Source: Hemiscyllium ocellatum
Lineage: Eukaryota
NCBI RefSeq assembly: GCF_020745735.1
Contig: NC_083401.1
Coordinates: 84,441,740 to 84,505,739, forward strand
Length of the DNA stretch: 64,000 bases
Direction of reading: 5' to 3'
Below the pieces are notes generated by a model that was not told the origin of the DNA, ran no database searches, and saw nothing but the letters and a program-made list of their open reading frames with translations. The translations under genes were made by a program, and so were the position numbers. Shown piece after piece: positions 11,950 through 21,939 of the stretch (positions are counted from its first letter, which is position 1; every line of letters begins with the position of its first letter).

Positions 11950-13303
11950 GGGAGAAAGTGAGGACTGTAGATGCTGAAGATCAGAGCCAAAAGATGTATT
12001 GCTGGAAAAGCGCAGCAGGTCAGGCAGCATCCAAGGAGCAGGAGAATCGACGTTTCGGGCATAAGCCCTTCTTCAGGAATGAGGAAGGTGTGCCAAGCAG
12101 GCTAAGATAAAGGTAGGGAGGAGGGACTTGGGGGAGGGGTGTTGGGAATGCGATAGGGGGAAGGAGGTCAAGGTGAGGGTAATAGGCTGGAGAGGGGGTG
12201 GGGGCAGAGAGGTCGGGAAGAAGATTGCAGGTTAGGAGGGCGGTGCTGAATCCGAGGGTTGAGACTGAGATAAGGTGGGGGGAGGGGAAATGGGGAAGCT
12301 GGAGAAATCTACATTCATCCCTTGTGGTTGGAGAGTTCCTAGGTGGAAGGTGAGGCGCTCTTCCTCCAGGCGTCGTGTTGCCATGGTCTGGTGATGGAGG
12401 AGGCCAAGGACCTGCATGTCCTTGGCGGAGTGGGAGGGGCAGTTAAAGTGTTCAGCCACGGGGTGGTTGGGTTGGTTGGTGCAGGTGTCCCAGAGATGTT
12501 CTCTGAAACGTTCTGCAAGTAGGTGGCCTGTCTCCCCAATGTACAGGAGGCCACATTGGGTGCAGCAGATACAGTAAATGATGTGTGGAGGTGCAGGTGA
12601 ATTTGTGATGGATATGGAAGGATCCCTTGGGGCCTTGGAGGGAAGTGAGGGGGTAATGTGGGCGCAAGTTTTGCATTTCTTGCGGTGGCCCCCCCTCACT
12701 TCCCTCCAAGGCCCCAAGGGATCCTTCCATATCCGTCACAAATTTACCTGCACCTCCACACCCATCATTTACTGCATCCTCTGCACCCGATGTAGCCTCC
12801 TCTATATTGGGGAGACATTTACTATAAACCGACCGACTCCCACAGCTACCTAGATTACACCTTCTCCCACCCTGCCCCCTGTAAAAACGCCATCCCATAT
12901 TCCCAATTCCTTCGCCGCATCTGCTCCCAGGAGGACCAATTCCAATACCAAATGACCCAGATGGCCTCCTTCTTCAAAGATCGCGATTTTCCCTCAGACA
13001 ATGCCCTCCACCGCATCTCCTCCACTTCCTGCTCCTCTGCCCTTGAACCCCGCCCCTCCAACCGCCACCAGGACAGAACCCCACTGGTCCTCACCTTCCA
13101 CCCCACCAACCTCCGGATACATCGTATCATCCATCGTCATTTCCGCCACCTCCAAACGGACCCCACCACCAGGGATATATTTCCCTCCCCACCCCTATTA
13201 GCGTTCCTCAAAGACCACTCCCTTCGTGACTCCCTCGTCAGGTCCACAGCCCCCACCAACCCAACCTCCACTCCCGGCACCTTCCCCTGCTACCGCAAGA
13301 AAA
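11950..13303. mobile_element. Rearranged Penelope-like retroelement (GIY-YIG endonuclease + RT C-terminus)
   Basis: IIYCICCTQCGLLYIGETGHLLAERFREHL (GIY-YIG) on minus at 12232-12717. Inverted copy of the same segment at 12691-12817. Plus-strand RT C-terminal RTPLVLTFHP at 12818-13303. Confidence 0.92.
12045..12080 (-). ncRNA. Minimal hammerhead ribozyme motif (family A) in PLE 3' region, intact core
   Basis: AUUC-CUGAAGA-A-GGGC(UUAU)GCCC-GAAA-CG-UC-GAUU. Confidence 0.7.
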
Positions 13304-13599
13304 TGATTTCAATGGATGATATGATATAAGATTTCTCAATTTAATGTCTAAGCTGTTATTACAATGATCTCAATAAAAGTAACCACAATGCTACATTTCC
13401 TTTTAAAACACCGTATTAGCAGTGCTTGTGAATTGTGGGTTTTCTTGGGCTTTCTATGGCACACATTAAAAAGATTAAAAATAAATTTACTTGCAAAGAA
13501 AATCCTTACAATAAAACACACAGAAATATAATTCATTATTGAAATTAAACCCGAGAGAAGAGTTGTTTTTCCTCTCTGGATAATGTCATGCTCTGCAGG

Positions 13600-14010
13600 A
13601 ACATGAAGCCCGGGCCAGCTCGAGTTTCGAAACGCCAGGCACCGACAGTCATTTTGTTTCATGTCGCGGGCCGTAGGGCGGTTTGCGCATGCGGCCTGGG
13701 AGGAGAGCCGTGAAGATGGACGTGAATCAGCCGAAACAGGAGCATCTGCTGGCGCTGAAAGGTAAGGAGCGGCTGCCGGCTCGGCTCGGCCCAGGCCCGG
13801 CCCGGCCCGGCCCCTGTACCACCTCGGCCTGGATGGAGAGCGGTGGCGGGACCTGAGAAAGAGCCCGGTCTCAGCTTCCCGAGCGCCGCACCTTTCCTAC
13901 TTTAGAGAGTGACTCAGCCCTGACAGGGACAGGGACAGGGAGCGGAGACCTTCACCTGGCTGTCCGTGCCTGCGATCTGCTCTCACCGCAGCCTCCTGTT
14001 TCCCAGCGCA
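13600..14010 (+). promoter_or_regulatory. CpG island/promoter of TRAPPC13 (probably shared with SHLD3) with NRF1-like site
   Basis: CpG-dense segment around exon 1. TGCGCATGCG at 13684-13693. (GGCCC)n run at about 13778-13813. Confidence 0.65.
13716..13761 (+). CDS. TRAPPC13: TRAPPC13 exon 1
   Basis: gaagATGG strong Kozak. MDVNQPKQEHLLALK(V) vs human MEVNPPKQEHLLALKV. Donor G|GTAAGG, phase 1. Confidence 0.96.
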
Positions 14011-14015
14011 GCTCT

Positions 14016-14110
14016 ATGAAGGGCTTTTGCCCGAAATGTCGATTTTCCTGCTCCTCGGATGCTGCCTGACCTGCTGTGCTGTTCCAGCACCCCAATCCAG
14101 AATCTATTTA
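14016..14110 (+). mobile_element. Family-A PLE terminal fragment truncated within the HHR core
   Basis: atgaagggcttttgcccgaaatgtcgattttcctgctcctcggatgctgcctgacctgctgtg. Confidence 0.75.
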
Positions 14111-14324
14111 CAGTGCACTGGCTTTTGCATGTTGGCGCCATCGAGTACTCAATGTTTACTCCACTTTCCACTTTGAAAATAAGAGATCACAGACCATAGA
14201 TCTGGTTTGTCACATTGAAAATTCCGGTGATCCTAATTAGAGAGCGTGTTCCAAGCTCTGATAGAACACAGGCATGAGCATCACCTGTATAAACGTCAGT
14301 TATTTTGCAACGAAATTAGACAAA

Positions 14325-14512
14325 GCAGTGCGGATGTTGGAAATTTGAAACAAATTGTGTTGCAGAAACTGTGCAGCATCTGTGCAGAGAAAGAAGAGTT
14401 AGCGTTTCGGATTCAGCGACCCTTCATAGAACTAGAACCCGAAATGTTAATTCTGCTTTCTCTCCACAGATGCAACCAGAATGTCTCCAGCAACTTCTGC
14501 TTTCGTTTCAGT
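14325..14512. mobile_element. Old fold-back PLE-derived element (family C)
   Basis: Imperfect inverted arms gcatctgtgcagagaaagaagagttagcgtttcgg / ccgaaatgttaattctgctttctctccacagatgc. Confidence 0.6.
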
Positions 14513-17032
14513 TAATTTCCTACATTAGTGAGATTCCGAATTGGTTAATGCCTCGCTCTCAAAGCTGTTCAGTTAAACCTTTGTTAATCTATGGCACAAA
14601 ATGTCAATATTTTTGTGTGCCCTCAATAAGCGCTTAAATTGATGAACTTAAGAGCAACATAATGAATTACAGTTGTGGCCAGTGGCCTGTGCCCAGCGTG
14701 ATTTTTTAAAAAATCTGTTGTGTGTGAAATTTGCCAGGGTAAACTTGTTTGTCGAAATACAGTGTAATGAATGTATGTTTGGGGAAGGTACTGTGGAATG
14801 TATTTTTTTGAATGGGCGTATACATTTCAGATTTCCATGCGTTTAGAGTTGGACACCACATGCTGTGAATACACCAGTTTTCTGTGTTTGGCCTTTTTAT
14901 AGAAACATTTCAGTTGTTGTAGATAATAGTATTTAAAGTTATATTTCCCCTATTCGTTGCAAAGTTGAGACTTTTGGAATTTAGGATGGGTCCACAGTGC
15001 TACAGTGTCGGCATTTTTGCACATTGATAAATGTTTAAAAGTTGGGCGAGGGAGTGTTTTGTGAAGAAAACTTTGAAAGACACTAATGAGGTTTCTGACA
15101 AGTGAAGAACTATAACCTGTCAGGAGTCATAACTATGTAGGGAAGGAAAGATTTTCTCTTGATAGAAGTATCAAGATTTTTAAAAATGTGCAGTTATGTT
15201 AATGTTGCCATATTAATGTAACCTGTTGTTAACTAATACACATAACTATACTCCCACCCTATGTACTTAGAACTTTTGCAGTAAACTTTTATGTGGATCC
15301 TTATAAAATGCCTTTTAGAAATCCAAAAATACTAGGTCACTTTTTTTCCCATTGTTTGTTACATCTTTACAAATTTCTAAATTAATCAAATCTATTTTTC
15401 TTCTATAAAACCATGTTCAAAATGTGTGACTATCTATTCTAGGTTCGCCCAAAAGTGGAAATGTTCTCCCAATCACCCTGTGAAGACCTCTCAGGATCTT
15501 CATATTTTGTTGGGATTGACTCTTACTCTTCTAAACTCCAGATAAAACCTAACTTTCTCTGAATGTCTTCCAGTGCGTTTACATTGGTTCTCAACAAAAT
15601 GTGACCACTATGCAGTACTGTAGATGTGGCCTCACCAATGTCCTGTATAGCTGAAACATAACCTCCCCACTATTATATTCAATCCCCCTTGCAGTGAAAA
15701 ATGCATTCTGTTAATTTTCTTAATGCCTTGCTGTTTGTTTTTAATGGTCTGGTACTAGCTCCTTAATAATGGATTCCAGCGTTTTTGCAGTGGTAGATGT
15801 TAATTTTGGAGGTCAAAATATTCCCTTATAGTCTTCCTCCTTTCTTCAACAATAATATTAAATTTGTGGCTTTTCAAACCATTGGAACCTTTGTTAGTGT
15901 TTAGTCACAATGCAAGACATGTTCTATCTCTATTATTTGTCTATTTTCTTCGGAAAACTTGAAAAATTATGAGCAATCTATCACAGTGAAAATAAATCCT
16001 TAACTTAAGTTGCTTTGAAATCGATATCTGTGATTGGTTAATGCCATTATTGCAAATATGCTAAATGTTGCATAAGCCCGTTTGACCAGTTGCAAATTAC
16101 AATGTTAATTCTATGTTGACAGTACTGTTTAATCAGAGGAGCATCAGCTTGATTGATTCTATACTGCCAGGTAACCTGCTGATGCAGTACTAGCTTTAGA
16201 TCGTACTTAACTACTCTAAAAACATTTGGCAGAATCTAGGAGAGAGAAGATTTTTTTCTTACAGTTTGGTGAGTATTGCTGGCAGGGTTGCTCAATTGTT
16301 GCCCATTTCTAATTTTACTTGCACTGTTGCCTTGCTAGACCATTTCAAGTACAATTAAGAGTCCACAACTTGACATTGACTTTGGTCATTTTACAATTGC
16401 TGTTAGTTAATAATCAAATAATTGGAAATCATTTTAATCAAGTTTAGTTCATTATTCATTGCTAGATATAGTGTGGCATCCAATTTTGTTAGTTCTAGAA
16501 CACATTGCTGAAAAATATCCACCTTGAAAATATGCAAGAAGATCACAGTTTCTGACTTGAACCTCTCTTCCTAGCCTGTATTTGAATTCTCCACATAAAT
16601 AATTTTACATCAGATACATTATCTGCTAAAGCAGATCATACATTTCTGTTATTTTTATAATACATTTTCAATTCTTTGCTGCTACCAAAAGCCCTGTAAT
16701 CAATTGCACTGCAGTTAATTCCTGACATCTGGTTAATTCCTGACACCTCAATTCCACCAAAAGTTTCTGCTTATTGCTTTCTTTTACTAATATGGTAGCA
16801 GCATTTTTAATCAAGGCTGCCATCCTTCCCTGCTTTGTCCGAGTTTTCCTTCTAATTATGATCACGTTACAGGCATATCTCTGTGATCAATCCTTCTTCT
16901 CTTACTTTGCTTAAATGTAAAAGAGCTTTGCATATAATCAGTTGCTGGAGAGGTTAGTCATTAGGCTAGTAATGGACTGTTTCCTTTGGGATTGAGTTTT
17001 GGAATGAATATGGTTTGTTCAAAGAAAAGTGG

Positions 17033-17690
17033 GAGTCGATAAAGTGTGGAGCTGGAAAAAGGACAGCAGGTCAAGCAGCATCAGAGGAGTGGAGAATCAG
17101 TTTTTCAGTTTGGAACCTTTCATCAGATCTAGGGGAGGGGAAATGGAGCAGAGAAATAAATGGGGGCAGTGGATGTAGGTAGCAGGTGATTGATCAGTGG
17201 GAAAGCTGAAGTGGATAGTTGGAAAGGAACATGGACAGGTTAGATCAGGTCGATGGGGTGGGGTAGAGAGGAAGGGTTATATCTGGGATGAGGTGTTGGG
17301 CGGAGGGAGGTTTGAAAGCTAGTGAGTTCTATGTCAAGGCCATATGGTTGTAAGTTCCTGAAGGGGATGATGAAGCGTTCTTCCTTGAGTTTGTGTGTGA
17401 CCTTACTTTGAGGGTGGAGGATGCCCAGATTAGACATGTCATTGGGGGAGGGGGAAGTTGAAATGGCTGGAAACTGGAAGATGGAGTTGATATTCCCTGA
17501 ACTGATTCCAGAGTTAAGTTCAGCCTCTCCGATGGAGACGATACTACATCGAGAGTAACCGATACAATGAATCAGGTTTGAGGAAATGCAGCTGAATCTC
17601 TGCCGGACTTGGAATGATTCTTTGGGACGTTGGATGGAGCTAAGCAGGGAAGTGTGAGGGCACATTTTGCACCTCCTGTGGCTGCAGAAA
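17033..17690 (-). mobile_element. Decayed Penelope-like element (GIY-YIG region + 3' end)
   Basis: SFQVRQRFSCISSNLIHCI....IGE and KLKEER..F..LQPYGLDIE, homologous to the 12232-12717 ORF. Confidence 0.8.
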
Positions 17691-18575
17691 ACAAAGCTAG
17701 GTTATGTTCCTGATACTATAATTTTTATGTGAGAAACCTATTGGCTGACTTCAACCTAAGTGTCGTCTTGTGGCTTCTGTCCCACTGGTTGCTTTATCCT
17801 TCATTCAAAGTGAGGTGATGAGTGTGAGGGTCTGAGAGGGACTTGGTGAGTCAATGGTTATCTCCATTGAACCTACAGTTTGTTTTTAAAGGACTGTACA
17901 TGTTTAGTAACCACATCAAAACAGAAATCGAGTCAACACTTTGGGGAATGTACCTTATTTACAATCTGTACTAAAACAAAAAAACAGTTTTCAAACTTGC
18001 TTTAAATAAGGGATCTCTTTACTGTACTGGGGTGTCATCTTAGGTTGTGATCTTGGGCTTCTGGAGTGGGAGATCAGACTGTATATTTTAGGCATGGGTA
18101 AAGATCTATCACGAGTCAATACTGACAGCAGCTGCTTTCTTAGTTTTTTGTTTTCCAAAAATTGGATATTTGGTACTTTTGCATGTATGTTGCAAAGCTG
18201 CAGAATTAGATTCCCCATCAGTTAGGATGCTGTTTGTGAGAGGATCTAAAATTATGGACAAATATCAATGCTTTAGAAGTAAATTTTTAAAAGCTACATT
18301 ACTGTTTGTAGTTTAAGTATTGCATATACGAGAAATATTCAAAGATATTTATCTCTGCAGGGTAGCACTTCCTGAAGGTGATAGACTGCTGCATCTGAAT
18401 ATTGTGCTTCTGCTAAATTGATGAAGGAAGCACGATCAGTGACAATTCACTTCATTCTGAATGACTTATAGATTTGCATTTGTGAAGGTATAAGGAGAAA
18501 GGCTTGGTGAAATTCATTGGCCTGCGGTGATTCCATTGCTGAGACTATTGCTTTTTGCCCAGAGCTGTCATTCAG

Positions 18576-19325
18576 ATGGAAGTAGTGGTACATTATAGGC
18601 CTAATCACGACTGTTCTTCTGATGTACTAAAGATAGCAGGAAAATTGTTAGAAGACTTGCCACAAAAAATTTCACAAAGATTCATACCATGGTTTCCAAA
18701 TCATATGAAAAGTTTACCAATGAAACCGCAGAAATGTCCACCTACTATTTCATATGAAGAAGCACAAAGAATTAAAAAGTACTTGGTTGATGTGGAATTC
18801 AAAGCAGAAAGACAAAATTATGATTGCACAGAGGATCTTCTGGAATTCTCCGTAAACCTGCAAATGAAAGATCATCTTACTCAGGTAGCTGCTGCAGAAT
18901 TTGTTCCTGAAATGACTGATTTACTGTGTGGAGTTACAAATGAGGAATATAAATCAGAAAGGTCATGGAGTGTTACGAGATACAGCAGAATGAAAGGATC
19001 AAACATTTTGGCAGTTAGCCGAAGACTTCAAATAATTAAGGAAAAGTTCCAGCTACATTCTTTTCAAAGGGCAAAGTGGGTTATTGATCAATCCAATTGC
19101 ATTGCTCAGCAACTGGAAGAGATCTGGGCTAAACTGAGTAGTGTTATCCAACATGGTGATCTTCCTGGTTGCAATGCCAAAATACATAGACATCTTGGTC
19201 AAATATGGGTTTTCTGTGATCTAATGTGCTGTGAATATGTTGGTAATTTTATTAAACAAGTATTAAATCTTGCAGGTAAAATCAGTTTACTTGTACATCG
19301 ACATGGTTTAATTTATAACTTGTAG
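18576..19325 (+). CDS. SHLD3: Shieldin complex subunit 3 (RINN1), 249 aa, single coding exon nested in TRAPPC13 intron 1
   Basis: First ATG of the 256-aa track ORF is at 18576. MEVVVHYRP, RFIPWFP, LPMKPQKCPP (REV7-binding PxxxpP), YDCTEDLLEF and C-terminal HLGQIWVFCDLMCCEYVG align with human SHLD3 (MTTEVILHYRP, RFIPWFP, LPLRPKRSPP, YDCTVDLLEF, HLGQIWVFCDIMYCEYVG). Same nested position as in mammals. Confidence 0.96.
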   Translation: MEVVVHYRPNHDCSSDVLKIAGKLLEDLPQKISQRFIPWFPNHMKSLPMKPQKCPPTISYEEAQRIKKYLVDVEFKAERQNYDCTEDLLEFSVNLQMKDHLTQVAAAEFVPEMTDLLCGVTNEEYKSERSWSVTRYSRMKGSNILAVSRRLQIIKEKFQLHSFQRAKWVIDQSNCIAQQLEEIWAKLSSVIQHGDLPGCNAKIHRHLGQIWVFCDLMCCEYVGNFIKQVLNLAGKISLLVHRHGLIYNL

Positions 19326-19484
19326 GTATGAATAATGTTATTTCAGAACTAAAATGTCATTAATATGTATGAATTTCTTGCCAGTGTCTGTAGACTTTAA
19401 ACAATACAAATTTACATGTAATTTTGATAAATGAGCAGATTGTCTTTAATGACCGCTTGTGTAAACTCTAAAGTAAACTTGCAT

Positions 19485-20280
19485 GTCAGCCTTGGACTCT
19501 GGTCATACTCTTCTCTAAAACAGAATATTGCCAAATCCCACTTCAGAGACTTAAATACAAAATTTTATTCAGTTCCTTGGTTGCATCCTGAGGGTGTTTT
19601 GCTGTAGAGAGTGGCAGTTTCTTGGATCTGAGGAAGATGCCATGGCACTTTAAAAGAAAATGTAGAGTTCAACATTATAGTTTTTAAAAATAACTGTTTT
19701 TGTAATCAACCTGTTATGTTATGACACACACACCTCCAGGACAGGTCTAACTCAAACACTCTGGCCCAGACGTTCTCCCAACTAGTTACTTTCTAATTGA
19801 TCTGTACAGAGACTTTATTACACTCCTCTGGAGCAGGACACATTTGAACCTAGATCCCCTGGCTCAAAGCGAAGGACACTATTATTGTGCCGTAAGAACC
19901 CTTAAGTTCTCTCTTGTACTATGGACAACATTTATCCTTTAGTTAAACTTATTACAACAGATTGTTTGGTCACTAACACATTGCTGCTGGGTCAAATACC
20001 TGGATCTCCCTTTCTAACTATATTACATCATCAGCTGTAGTTCAAAAAGGTTGCTGATTACCTTGCGTGATGGACAGTAAATGCTGAACAATAAATGCTG
20101 GCCTAGCCACATCTCATGAATAAGTCTATATTTAAAAAAAACCTAACTATCCACAAATTGTTGCTGTATTTCCTGCATGTTTAAATGGAAATAACTAAAC
20201 TTCAGAATTACTTACGTGGCTATAAAGCATCTTGGATTGTCCTGAGGTTATGAATGATGCTACTCTATGTAAGTATTTTT
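19485..20280 (+). mobile_element. Fragmented DeuSINE (SacSINE1/AmnSINE1-like) with nested small insertions, downstream of SHLD3 stop
   Basis: Recognisable blocks gatgccatggcact..., aacatttatcc...aacagatt..tggtcact..cacattgctg, and 3' tail ggctataaagc..ttgga..gtcctgaggttatgaa. Confidence 0.55.
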
Positions 20281-20936
20281 TAATATAAACTTTCTCACAT
20301 CAGAACAATTTTTCCTCTTCCCAGACACTTTGCAATTTCCTTGAACGTGTTTTCTGTAAAGAAATACTCATTCATTGATCTCTGTTTTTCATAGAGGTGT
20401 TTTGCAGGGCATTAGTAAATGGTCAATGGCATTGTGTCATTTTGAACTGAAAATTCAGTTTAATGTCCTGGTCACTTGAGTTAATTGTTTTAGTTAGGAT
20501 AGGGATCGTGGCTTCAGCATTCCTGTACATAGGAGAATGGAAAGAAAACTAAAATTCCAGTTTCAGGCCCATGTCCAGTGATTTTCGCTGAAGTATTGAA
20601 TGTATATAGTGGTTGGCTGTCAACTGGATAAATCTCAATCATGCCATCTTCCAAGTTAATTGCACTGTTCAAACAAAAGCTTGTGCAACAAGTGTTTTCA
20701 GAGTTGGTACTTAATTAATGGTTTCAAGGGATGCTGATGCTGTGGTGCAATCTTTCAGTATGAGGAAAGAAAGGGAAATGAGAATAGCACAAGTGCAATG
20801 CACTTTCATTATTTACATTGTTAGCAGGGCAGGCGAGATGATGCAGTTCAGAATTGTATTGGAGATGAGAACGAAAACGGTCCAGATTTAATCTTGAATG
20901 AAACATGTTCTGCATAAAATGTGTAAATACACTGGA

Positions 20937-20942
20937 AATAAA
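20937..20942 (+). promoter_or_regulatory. Candidate SHLD3 polyadenylation signal
   Basis: AATAAA followed by a U/GU-rich tract (catttgtctttttattt). An alternative AATAAA lies at 20090-20095 inside a repeat remnant. Confidence 0.35.
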
Positions 20943-21136
20943 TATTTAAAAGATATATTGCATTTGTCTTTTATTTACCTGAGTTTAGAAGCATTGAATA
21001 ATGTTGAATTGTCAACTTTCATGAACGCCCTTCTAATTTGCTTGTAACTGATGCACGTTATCACAACTTTTAACATATTCATTCCCAGCCTTACACCATA
21101 CAACGGACCCACTTTTCTGGGTCAGTGGGCTGGTAG

Positions 21137-21422
21137 TCAGAGTTGTAGAGATGTACAGCATGGAAACAATCCCTTCAGACCAGCTTGTCCATGCCGACCA
21201 GATATCTTACAATAGTCTAGTCCCATTTTCCAGCATTTGGCCCATATCCCTCTAAATCCTTTCTATTCCTATACCCATCTCAATACCTTTTTAACTGCTG
21301 TAAGTGTACCAGCTTCTGCCACTTTCTGTGGCAGGTCATTCCTTACATGCACCACCCTCTGCGTGAAACAGTTGCCCCATTAGGTTCCTTTTAAATTTTT
21401 CCCCTCTCACCCTAAACCCATG
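21137..21422 (-). mobile_element. CR1 LINE 3' tail fragment
   Basis: Matches 3616-3900. Confidence 0.85.
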
Positions 21423-21939
21423 CAAACCCTCAAGCAACTTGCTAACCTTCAAGTCTCTGAACAATAGCACCAATCAGACCATGCATTTTAAGTATAAACA
21501 TGTCAGACGTTTCATTTGTAATATATGATCTATTGAATAGTTGTATTCTCAGAATCTACACATTTTCAAAGCTGAATATCTTCTCCATTTTAACCTTAGT
21601 GGTTTTTTGCCATGATTCAGAATTTTGGCTGAAAGTATTCATGCCAATATTATGTAATAACTATTTACCTTATCCATTTTTCTCATATTTGGGAAAAAGT
21701 TTGTACATGATTTCAAGCTTATGAAGTCAATTCGGAGATTATACCACCCCGTTGTTTTGATTTGGAAACTGAAATTTCTACCAATTGGCTGAACAGCATG
21801 CTTAAGTCTTCATGTGACCTCTTGAACAGGCTTTAATTCGCAGCAATAATTAAAATTCAAGAACCTATTTTTTCCATGCTTGCTATATGCTTCGTATGCA
21901 CAGGGACTGACCAAAATGTTTATATAGATTTGTAAAGAA

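Noticed and set aside
18555-18575. N-terminal extension of SHLD3 from the track's start
   Set aside because: Starts at TTG; homology with human SHLD3 begins at ATG 18576.
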